From assembly GCA_025594325.1 (NCBI GenBank), contig JANHCV010000004.1, positions 2,418,001-2,482,000 of the forward strand: DNA of 64,000 nucleotides, written 5' to 3'. Position numbers and translations under genes: made by a program. Position 1 is the stretch's first letter, and each line of letters begins with the position of its first letter. This DNA comes from Blastocladiella emersonii ATCC 22665 (taxonomy: Eukaryota > Fungi > Blastocladiomycota). This document shows, piece by piece, positions 22,616 to 32,290 of this stretch. The notes under the pieces are model-generated. The model was not told the origin of the DNA and searched no databases. It worked only from the letters and a program-made list of their open reading frames with translations.

Positions 22616-23783
22616 TCACACACACACACACAAAAGTACATTACATTTCCCCTGGGCCGAACTTGGCGGGACCGAGCTCGTAGTAGCCGGACGGGAGGCG
22701 CTACACGCACGGACAGTGGGGTCAGGCACATGAGAGACAGCGAGCGCGGAAGGCGTACCAGCGTGGCCTTGGCGGCGGACACGACCCAGCGCATGCCGTG
22801 TCCGTCGACGCGGGCCGCATCCTCGTCCTCGCTCTCCTCCTCGTCTGACCCCTCCGAGTCCGCTAGATCGGCCGCCGCCACCTCCTCGAGAACCAGCACA
22901 TCGTCCACGAGCGCGCGCCACGGTGCGCCGAGCGCCGGTTTGACGCGGGCGTCCCACTTGGTCGCGGCGTTGGCCAGCACGACCGCGGCGCCCGCCCGCA
23001 CCGCCGCGTCACGCAGCGCCACGACGAGGGCGTGCGACAGCAGGTGGACGTGGTCGTCGGGGTCGCCGAGCAGCGGGGCCAGGTACGCGTGGACCGAGTC
23101 GACGACGATCAGGCGTAGGTTGGAAGGGGGAGAGCGGAGGGACGCGTGTAGCTGCGCCATGTGCGGGCACCGCGCGACGTGGATGCGCGCGAGCTACGCA
23201 TCCGACGGACGGTGAGATGGAAGGACGGCGAGTGCGGGTAAGGTAGAGCGTACGTCGCGCGGGTCAGCGACGAGCCTCGCCATGCGGCGCGGCACGAACC
23301 CGAGGGCCGCGTCGATCCACAGCACGGTCGCGTCGTGTGAGGTGGAGACGGCCGCGGCGGCGCTCGCGTACAGCAGCTCGGTCTTGCCGGCGCCCGGCAC
23401 GCCGGCGACCTCGTAGATGCGGCCGGGCCGCCACCCGCCGCCGAGGAACACGTCGAGGCTACATGTCGCCTAAGCATCAGCGGGAGCCACAGAAAAACCA
23501 AGCCAAGACGACGAACTCACGAAGCGAGCCCCGTCGGGACCGGGACCAGCGCGTCCTCGGCGTCCCACATCACGTCGGCCGAGACGGGCACCGGCGCGAT
23601 CGCGTCGACGGCCGCATCAACAACATCCCGCGCGGCGGCAGCGGCGTCGGGGTCGTCCTTGAAGGCGGCGGGCAGCGCGTCCCCGGCGAGCGCGACGGCC
23701 GCGACGGTCGGGCACCCGTCGGGCAGCGCAGCGAGGACGCGCGCGCGGACCGCGTCGTTGTGCGGGTTGAGGGTCTGGTTCAT
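22616..23783 (-). CDS. RAD51 paralog, most like RAD51D; about 3 introns
   Basis: LDVFLGGG..PGRIYEVAGVPGAGKTEL (Walker A), VLWIDAALGF, LIVVDSV (Walker B) and KPALG..W. Confidence 0.85.
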
Positions 23784-24322
23784 GGCGTGTGGTTCATGGG
23801 CTGCTGGTTCATACGGCGGGGCGAGTGCGTCACCGCAGCAGCGCCGCCGTCATCGTCATGGGCTGAGCCGGGCGAGCCGTGGCGCCTGCGGCGCGTGTGC
23901 AGCAGCGGTGCAGCAGCGGCGCGGCGAGTGGTGCCGACGGTGCGCCGTCGAAATTTCTCAGAGTCGCCTCCGCCTCCCTTCCCTCGCTCGCGCCCGACCT
24001 CTCCCCGTTGACAACTCTACCCACACATCAGTGCAACGTTATCGACGCCGACCCGACGGGCACCTGCTGCATCTTCCCACCTGCTGCAGCACACGTCACC
24101 GACCGCCAACTCGCCCGCCCGCTCGTCGCCGCCGAAACGACGCACTTCTCCCCACCGTCGTCACCGAAACTGGCGTCCACGGCTCGCCTCCCCATTTCCG
24201 AGCGGCTCCTGTCCGCCGTCAAGGCCGCCGGGTCCGCCGACTCGCTTAACGGGACCCCGTCGTCCGAGGTGCCGCCGCCCGTTCCCGACGCTGCCGCTGA
24301 GGAAGAAGCCGCCGACGCCGCC

Positions 24323-27251
24323 ATGACCAAGGACACGGACTCGGCTACGGGCTCCGAGCCCGCGGTGCCTGTCTTCGTCGAGGCTCCGGTCGCTGTCGAA
24401 GAGGCGGCACCTGCTGTCGCTTTCGCCGCCGACGTGCTGCCCACCATCACCACCACCACCTCGGCCGCCCGTACCACCGAGTCGGACTCGGAGGACGACC
24501 TGCCGCTCGTCAAGTCGGTTCACCTGGCGCCCGAGTCGCCGACCAACGAGCCCATGACGCCCGAGCGCGCCGCCGAACTGCGCATGCAGCTGCAGCAGGC
24601 CAAGCTGCGCGAGGCCCAGCTGCAGCGCGCCGTGCACGCCCTCGAGGAGGAGCTCGGCCGCGCCCAGTCGCACGCCGTCGCCTTTGACACGGCCGTCGAC
24701 GAAATGTCGCGACTGCGCGAGCGCATGGAGAGCATGTCGCAGAAGCTGCGCCGTACGCCCTCTCTTGCTCCCGCTCTTCCTACTGTTCAACAGCTCACAC
24801 TCGCCCCGTATAGTCGAGGAGGAGCGCAACCACGAAATGGAGGCCTCGCGCCGCATGATCGACGCAGAGTACGAGTCGCTCTCGGCGGTCCTCTTCGACC
24901 AGGCCAACAACATGGTCAAGGAGCAGAACGTGCTGCGCGCCCACGCCGAGCGCCGCGCCTTCATGGCCGAGACCCGCCTGCGCGACGCCGAGGGCGTCGT
25001 CGAGTCGCTCCGCGTCGAGCTCGCCGGCCTCAAGCGCCTCCTCGAGGAGCGCGACGAGGTCGCCGAGTCCGTCTCGGACTTTGACGCCGCCTCGTGCCAC
25101 AGCAACGACGCCGGCTCCGAGCACCACCACCATCACCATCACCACCACGCCGCGCCCGCCCCGCCCGTGAACCGCACCACGGGCGAGGAGTGGCAGAACG
25201 ACGTGTTCCCAATGGACCTACAGGCGCCCCCGCTCGCCTCCGACAACCCCGCCCCTACCGTCGTACCTGCGCCCGAGCACGACGCCGCACACCCCGAGTC
25301 GGCCGTCGCGCACCTCGTCCTGACCCCGCCGCCGGCCGCGCGCCGCGGCAGCCACGTGAGCGTGACGGGCAGTGGTGCTGCCGCTGCTGCCGCCGCCGCC
25401 ACGGCGCTCGCGACGCTGCACCCGCTCCTCGCCACCGAGTTCCACAAGTTCCTGACCATCCTGTTCGCGCCGACCGGCCGCGGCGCCAACTACCTGACGC
25501 TCGCCGACCGCGAGAACGCCCTGTACCGGACCAAGTTCATGGAGCGCCTGTTCGACGAGGACGTGAAGCCGACCCTCAGCTTCCCCAACATCTCCTGGCT
25601 TCAGAAGAAGACGCTCGCCGGCGCGATCACCGCCAACTCGATCGCTATCACACCGCGCCGCACGCCGATTCTCGTCCGCCGTAAGCCCAAGTCGTCGGCG
25701 TCGTCGGCTGCCGCGGCGACCACGCTGCGCGCCGCCAAGAACCTGATCCCCGTCGCACTCACGTCGCTTAGCGGTGTTGCGGCCGTCGCCTCGGCAGCGT
25801 CCGGCGCCGGGGTCGCCACGCCCACGACCGAACACGCGACGTCGCCGTTCACCGCCACGGCGGCTGCCCCGTCGTCGCCCGCCCCCGGCGCGACGCCCGC
25901 GCAGCAGCCCGAGCCCGTCGCCGCCGAGCCCGAGGAGCCGCTCGAGTACGCGCCCGAGACGCTCGACTGCTGGGGCTGCGGGACCACCATCATCAACCAG
26001 GCCCCGCTCACCGTCGTCAGCCTCAGCGACACGGACACCCAGCGGCCCGTGTGCAAGCTTTGCCGCGCGAAACTCGTCGCCGTGTGCCACGTGTTCGCGT
26101 ACCTGCGCCGCCTCGGCGCCGGTATTGTGCCCACGTCCAAGCTCCGCAGCGGGGTTCGCGCGATGGGACACTCGCGGTCCGGGAGTACCGCGTCGGCTGT
26201 CTCGGCCAGCGAGTCGGTCGTCGTCGTCGCGGATACGGCCGCGGAACCCGTTCCGCCGGTCCCGGCCGTCGACGAGGCGCGCGTCGCCGAGGCCGTCAGC
26301 GAGGCGACCCGCGCCCTCGGCCACGAGCGCACGCCGTCCACGGACTCGACCGACTCGAGCGTCACGGCCCCGCTCGTCCCGCCGCCCGCCCCGGCGCCGC
26401 ACTCGGTGACCCCCGTCTCCGCCACCACCGCGACCTCGGCCTTCTTCCAGCGCCTGTCGTCGGTCACCTCGGGCCTCAGCTCGCGCATCGCCGCCGCGTC
26501 CGCCGGCCACCCGACGGTCGAGACGGGCACCGCGAGCCCCGCACCCGGTGCCGCTGCTGCGGCCGGGTCTGCGGGCACGTCCCCGACCACGGCTGCCCCG
26601 GCCGCGGTGTCTGCGGCTGCGCCCGCCACCGCGGCGTCGGCGTCCAGCAGCCCCATGGCCTCGGTCCTGTCGCTGTCCGGCGGCTCGTCGCTCGCGTACG
26701 CGCTGTTCGGCGGCCGCGAGAACGCGGGCACGCCCACGACGGGCCGCGCCGTGTCGCCCGGCCCCTCGGCCCCCGCCACCGCGGCAGCGGCCCCTGAACC
26801 CCCGGCGCTCGAGCCCACGGTCAAGCTGTCGCCCGACCTCGTCGGCGCCCTGTGGGCCGACCTGTGTCGCCTCCGCCAGCGCATGTTCCTCGCCCGGCTC
26901 GGCGTCCCGTGCCCCGGGTCCGAGGATCTGTTTGACGCGCACCCGCTCGTTGTCGCCAAGGTCGCGGAGAACGCGGCCAAGGCCGCAAGCAAGGCGGCGG
27001 CGCCCGCGCCCTCTTCGGTTGTTGCGGCCGAGAAGGCGGTGCCTGTCGCCGCGGTCGCGGCGGAGCCGCCCGTGCTCATCGTGGTCGGCGAGACGGGTAA
27101 GGATGCGGCTGCATCACCGCAAGTCGACGACGCTGCCGCTGCCGTCGTGGCTCCCGCGGCGGACCCAGCAGCACCCGCGCCGTCGGCTGCTGCGCCAGCG
27201 GCGAGCCGCGAGGTTGCCACCGCGGTCGCAGTCGCCGAGGCGATGCTGTAG
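24323..27251 (+). CDS. SEC2: Rab GEF Sec2/Rabin8 homolog; intron 24753-24813; start codon uncertain and may lie further upstream
   Basis: Coiled-coil Sec2 motif IDAEYESLSAVLFDQANNMV; C-terminal KFMERLFDEDVKPTLSF..SWL and Cys-rich C..CG..C..CRAKLVAVCHVFAYLR. Confidence 0.87.
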
Positions 27252-27394
27252 CCGAGAGACCACTCTCATTTGTTGTACTACTCTTTTCACCACCACCACA
27301 ATGTACCATTCGAACAAGTTGTATTTCCCCGTCGCTACACGCTTGACTTGTACTCACTGGGCAGCCCGCGAGCGACGACCCACTTGGCGCGGCT

Positions 27395-28120
27395 CTAGGT
27401 GTTGTGCGGCATGTCGAGCGAGGCGTACACGACGAACCCATAGTTCCGCAGCCGAGCAGGAACATGCGCGAGGATCATCTCGGCCACCATAGCCCTGCCC
27501 GTCGCGCTGGCGGACCACGGGTGGCCGCCGATCTGGATCTCGACCACGCGCCCGTGCTTCACACTATCGCGCACGATGGCCGCGGCGCCCGCGCCTACAA
27601 CGATCTCCACGACGCTCGCCGGTGCGCCGATGAGGCGGATCCGGTCGGCCTCGCTGAATGGGACCACGAACACGTCGCTTTCGTCAGTGAAAACGACAGG
27701 CCGCGCGCGGAGAAAGATCCATCCGCCCATATCGCGCGGCCGGCTGCACAGGTCCGTGGCCACGCACAGCCGCCACCCGCGCTCGAGCGTGCGGCTCGAC
27801 TTGGTCGCCCGTGTGCGACCACGGGTCGCCGCGTAGCGTGTAGGTGCAGTCGAGCGTCATCGTGTCGGAAGTCAGCGGGCGTCGCGAACGCGCGAGGCGG
27901 GAGATGCCGAGCGGCCACGCGGCCAGTAGGGCCAAATCGATGGCGGCTATGTTGAGCTCGTCGTTGAGGCCGTGATGTGCGGCTGGTCGGCTCCCGACAG
28001 CGACACGACCACGGCGGTGGCCGCGGTCTCGTCTTTGCCGGGCGGAGCGAGGCCGGCCGGGTCGTCGATGACGAGCAGCGAGAGCACGTCGTTGGGGGCG
28101 GCGTCATCAGTGCCGAACAT
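27395..28120 (-). pseudogene. Frameshifted two-repeat protein of an uncharacterised family ('DRIRLIGAP..G.PW..YAS.D' module)
   Basis: The 3' frame gives FSEADRIRLIGAP..IQIGGHPW..GFVVYASLD. A similar first module (SLSGADQ.HIT/GLN..AIDLALLAAWPLGI..LRGDPW) is split across frames near 27970 and 27700. Confidence 0.5.
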
Positions 28121-28571
28121 GGTTCAGTGGATCAAGCGAGAGCACGAATCAAGGGAAGGGTGGTCTTTTGGGGGGTCTTGGTCGCGAGCTATATCAAGTA
28201 CGCTTGCGCGCCCGCGCCCAGGAACAGTGTCCGAGTCCAGACACTCTAAGATGATCCGAGCGTAAGCCAGGAATATAGAAGGCTGTTTCTCCGAGGATCT
28301 GCTCGCGCGGACCATTGCGGCGGCGGGCCGGAGTAACACGGTAGCAAGAACGGCGCCAGGGCCAAGTACATTGCCGGTGCGGGCCGCAGTGGTGAGCTCG
28401 AATGTTTTCATTCGCTTGCGCGACGCTGGTCCGGGAGAAGAAGCGACGAAGAAGCGACCGCAGAAGCGAAGCGTCCGACCAAAACGTGATATCGCGACGC
28501 GTCGAGCAAGACGCTGCTCACTTCTGTCGCGTGTGGCAAAATCATGTCAGTTATATCTAGCTGTAGCAATC

Positions 28572-28874
28572 TCACATTGCAACTGTGCCGAGAACTGCCG
28601 CCGCGCCAAGGACTACGACCCAAGCGGTTGCGGACGTGCTCGTAAACTTGGCCGCGGCCGCAGTAGCGCCACCAGGAGGTGCTGCTGGCCGCTGGAGCGC
28701 CTCGGGTGCGATCGACGAGACACCGGCTCGCAACACCCAGCTTGACGCGTCGCGCGGCGTGTACCCGAGGGCCGCCATGGCCGCCTTAGTCGCAGGCCCG
28801 ATCCCCGACGCTGGAGCGCCTGTGATGACGAACGAACCGGCGGACGAGCGCCACCGCGCGTCGCGTTTCAGCAT
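28572..28874 (-). pseudogene. Possible decayed short-chain dehydrogenase N-terminal fragment
   Basis: FVITGAPASGIGPATKAAMAALGY resembles the SDR Rossmann motif (TGAxSGIG.AT..LA..G). No catalytic YxxxK region follows. Confidence 0.3.
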
Positions 28875-28939
28875 GTCACGGCCGTCGGCTGACGGCTGAT
28901 TTAGAAGGCTAAGTCGCCAACCCCTCCCACGCCCCGCAA

Positions 28940-29270
28940 ATTAAATCTAATAATTGCGGGAGTACCACTAAAATTGCTCGTCCGACATATCAGAGCCGTA
29001 TGTGCAATTTGAGCCGGGTCGGACATGTGACTCAATTCAAGAAGCTAAGCCTTAAGTGCGTTTTTCGTCCGAGCGACCAAACCGAAAGTTTTTTTCAACT
29101 TTGCACGGTCGGACGAGTTCTCGGTACCCCGACACCTCGAATCGGGGATTTTCACGTATTCCGGGCCTCTGAAGGTCGCTGATCACGAATCTGCCCTCAG
29201 AAAAATGTTTCTGATGCATCTTGAAATTACGCAGCTAAGTCGAGTCACGTGGGCCGGGGCTTCGAGTCAC
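28940..29270. repeat. AT-rich segment with clustered inverted repeats (possible non-autonomous DNA-element remnant)
   Basis: 10-bp inverted repeat CTCGTCCGAC (28977-28986) / GTCGGACGAG (29108-29117); four GTCCGA motifs in alternating orientation; hairpins at 29127-29147 and 29197-29214. Confidence 0.35.
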
Positions 29271-29817
29271 AGCCAGCGACGCGACGTTCAAGTCCGCGTG
29301 ACCGCGAAGCACGCGCTGACCTGCTCCCGCCCATGCTGGCGACTTAAAGAGTGGCAGCTGCAGTAGAGCCATGCACAGGCGACCGCGCGGAACAACGAAC
29401 GAGACGCCTGTTCACTCGAGCGGCCCTGGCGCGAGGAAGCGAGTACGCTTCGGTTGCAACTGAAGAGAGCTTGACAGGCTTCACGAGCAGTCAAGCGAAG
29501 CCGAGATCAAGGACGCGGCGAGCATGAGGCCGAATCGTTGATAGCCGCTTTCGCGTCAAGGAGGAGGAGATCAGTCGCTGACAAGAGAGTTTTTAGAAGC
29601 GCGGTTTTTATCTCAACTCGATCCTCGAGCGGGGACAAGGCGGTCGAGGAGAACGGCGCAAGAGGAGAAAGGAGGGAGAGGAAAGAGCAAGGCAAAGAAG
29701 TTCAACGAGAAGGAGGGGAAAGGAGACAGGGGGGACGAGAAAAGCAAACGACGAGGGGGGAAGAAGCACATCGCGGTATCAGCGATGGAGGCAGAGGGTG
29801 GTGACGGGCGGGAGGGC

Positions 29818-31347
29818 TTAGTGGCAGCCGTCGCCGTAGTAGCCCGACTCGTAGCCGTGGCCGCTGTCGCCGTAGTACCCGGACGAGTAGTCGTTGCCGC
29901 TGTCGCCGTAGTAGCCCGAGTCGTAGCCCTTCGAGTCGTCGCCGTAGTACCCGGAGTCGTAGCCCTTCGAGTCGTCACCGTAGTAGCCCGAGTCGTAGCC
30001 CTTGGAATCGTCGCCGTAGTAGCCCGAATCGTAGCCCTTCGAGTCGTCACCGTAGTAGCCCGAGTCGTAGCCCTTGGAATCGTCGCCGTAGTAGCCCGAG
30101 TCGTAGCCCTTCGAGTCATCACCGTAGTAGCCCGAGTCGTAGCCCTTGGAATCGTCGCCGTAGTAGCCCGAGTCGTAGCCCTTCGAGTCGTCGCCGTAGT
30201 AGCCCGAGTCGTAGCCCTTCGAGTCGTCACCGTAGTACCCGGAGTCGTAGCCCTTGGAATCGTCGCCGTAGTAGCCCGAATCGTAGCCCTTCGAGTCGTC
30301 ACCGTAGTAGCCCGAGTCGTAGCCCTTGGAATCGTCGCCGTAGTAGCCCGAGTCGTAGCCCTTGGAATCGTCACCGTAGTAGCCCGAGTCGTAGCCCTTG
30401 GAGTCGTCACCGTAGTAGCCCGAATCGTAGCCCTTGGAATCGTCACCGTAGTAGCCCAAGTCGTAGCCCTTGGAATCGTCACCGTAGTAGCCCGAATCGT
30501 AGCCCTTCGAGTCGTCGCCGTAGTAGCCCGAGTCGTAGCCCTTCGAGTCGTCGCCGTAGTAGCCGGAATCGTAGCCCTTCGAGTCGTCGCCGTAGTAGCC
30601 CGAGTCGTAGCCCTTCGAGTCGTCACCGTAGTAGCCCGAGTCGTAGCCCTTGGAATCGTCGCCGTAGTAGCCCGAGTCGTAGCCCTTGGAATCGTCACCG
30701 TAGTAGCCCGAGTCGTAGCCCTTGGAGTCGTCACCGTAGTAGCCCGAATCGTAGCCCTTGGAATCGTCACCGTAGTAGCCCAAGTCGTAGCCCTTGGAAT
30801 CGTCACCGTAGTAGCCCGAATCGTAGCCCTTCGAGTCGTCGCCATAGTAGCCCGAGTCGTAGCCCTTGGAGTCGTCGCCGTAGTAGCCGGAATCGTAGCC
30901 CTTCGAGTCGTCGCCATAGTAGCCCGAGTCGTAGGAGCCGTACGAGTCATCACCGTAGTAGCCCGAGTCGTAGGAGCCGTACGAATCGTCGCCATAGTAG
31001 CCCGAGTCGTAGCCCTTCGAGTCGTCACCGTAGTAGCCCGAATCGTAGCCCTTCGAGTCGTCACCGTAGTAGCCCGAATCGTAGCCCTTCGAGTCGTCGC
31101 CGTAGTAACCGGAGTCGTAGCCGCCGTACGAATCGTCACCGTAGTAGCCCGAGTCGTAGGAGCCGTACGAATCGTCGCCATAGTAGCCCGAGTCGTAGCC
31201 CTTGGAGTCGTCGCCGTAGTAGCCGGAATCGTAGCCCTTCGAGTCGTCGCCATAGTAGCCCGAGTCGTAGGAGCCGTACGAGTCATCACCGTAGTAGCCC
31301 GAGTCGTAGCCGCCGTACGAGTCGTCGCCGTAGCCGTAGCCAGTCAT
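29818..31347 (-). CDS. Gly/Tyr/Asp-rich tandem-repeat protein, (GYYGDDSKGYDS)n, 509 aa, function unknown
   Basis: ATG at 31347 follows a pyrimidine-rich leader and an upstream TATA-like element. About 41 units; substitutions between 12-aa units are almost all synonymous in this frame. Confidence 0.85.
   Translation of the reverse strand: MTGYGYGDDSYGGYDSGYYGDDSYGSYDSGYYGDDSKGYDSGYYGDDSKGYDSGYYGDDSYGSYDSGYYGDDSYGGYDSGYYGDDSKGYDSGYYGDDSKGYDSGYYGDDSKGYDSGYYGDDSYGSYDSGYYGDDSYGSYDSGYYGDDSKGYDSGYYGDDSKGYDSGYYGDDSKGYDSGYYGDDSKGYDLGYYGDDSKGYDSGYYGDDSKGYDSGYYGDDSKGYDSGYYGDDSKGYDSGYYGDDSKGYDSGYYGDDSKGYDSGYYGDDSKGYDSGYYGDDSKGYDSGYYGDDSKGYDLGYYGDDSKGYDSGYYGDDSKGYDSGYYGDDSKGYDSGYYGDDSKGYDSGYYGDDSKGYDSGYYGDDSKGYDSGYYGDDSKGYDSGYYGDDSKGYDSGYYGDDSKGYDSGYYGDDSKGYDSGYYGDDSKGYDSGYYGDDSKGYDSGYYGDDSKGYDSGYYGDDSKGYDSGYYGDDSKGYDSGYYGDSGNDYSSGYYGDSGHGYESGYYGDGCH
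29860..31335. repeat. 36-bp (with some 39-bp) coding minisatellite, about 41 copies, with a 324-bp higher-order duplication
   Basis: Unit approximately gtagtagcccgagtcgtagcccttcgagtcgtcgcc. The diagnostic 'cccaag' variant recurs at 30458 and 30782 (324 bp = 9 units). Confidence 0.97.
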
Positions 31348-31494
31348 GGTGAAGGAGGGGGTGGGTGGTGGGGAGAGGAGGGGAGGCTGTGCGACCGAAG
31401 GCGCAGGCGGAGTGTGCAAGGGTGCAAGGGAGGGGAGAGAGGACTGGGTTGTGCTCGCTGTCGAATCGAGAGGGAGGGATGCGGGGCGGCGGCC

Positions 31495-31506
31495 GGTATT
31501 TATCGG
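31495..31506 (-). promoter_or_regulatory. TATA-like element CCGATAAATACC upstream of the Tyr-rich repeat gene
   Basis: About 150 nt upstream of the ATG at 31347. The same 12-mer occurs at 49091-49102, upstream of lipase 1. Confidence 0.45.
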
Positions 31507-32290
31507 CGGGCCGGGTCGAGGGCGGGGACGGCGAGGGCGGAGGCGGCGAGCAGCGAGTGGCGGCAGTCGGCCACGCGCGCGGCTCGAGATCCAGCGAGGA
31601 AGGCGGCGAGAAGGACGCGGAGCGCGACGTGAAGCTAGCGCGTAGATCCACTTCCGCAGCCACGGTGAGCGGCCGCGGTGCGCAGCTTGCCTCCTTTGCC
31701 GATCGATGGCGGATCCCGTCGGCGTCGTGACGGCGCAGCTTGGCTCCCGGTCGGCGCGGCGCCTAGCTCCGTGCGCCAGCTGGCGTATGGAGCTAGACGC
31801 CACCTCCCCGAAGCGTCGGCAGGGGCACGCGGCGCGATCTCGACGCCAGCGCGAGACGCTGCGCTAGGTCCAGTTGCCACGCTCGCGAGGCGTCGGGACG
31901 TCGACATGAGGGCAGGCTCAACTTTCGCGGAGCTATGCGTGGCGGCGGCGCGCTGCGCGTTGCATCCAGTTGCTTTCCATTTGCTTGCATCCGCGTCGGC
32001 AGGGACCCGTGGGAAGGGGAGGCGTGTGCGCAAAGTGGCCGGGAGGGAAAGTTGTCTCGCGGCTCGTGTTTCATCTGCGAGCGCTGGTCACGCCTTTTCG
32101 CGACGCGTCCTCACACGCGCGAGAGGCGATCGAGAGACGCGAACTGCGTCCCGATCGTGGAAAACGGCCGAGAGTGGCGAGTTGAGAGCAAAACAGATGT
32201 TATATACACTAGGCTCGAACGATACATATACTTACACAACCGAAACCCACTCGATTCTGAGCGCCCACACGCGCTCCCTCCATCCCCTCC

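Noticed and set aside
29818-31347. Minisatellite as a CRISPR array or a Kex2-processed (dikaritin-type) RiPP precursor
   Set aside because: There are no unique spacers and the context is eukaryotic. There is also no signal peptide, no KR/RR sites and no adjacent DUF3328/UstYa or tyrosinase gene in the window.
29613-31632. 615-aa hydrophobic ORF on + (VVAVVARVVALR repeats) and 558-aa Thr/Arg/Ala ORF on - overlapping the Tyr-rich array
   Set aside because: These are alternative frames of the same stop-free repeat. Unit-to-unit substitutions change amino acids in them but are synonymous in the GYYGDD frame.
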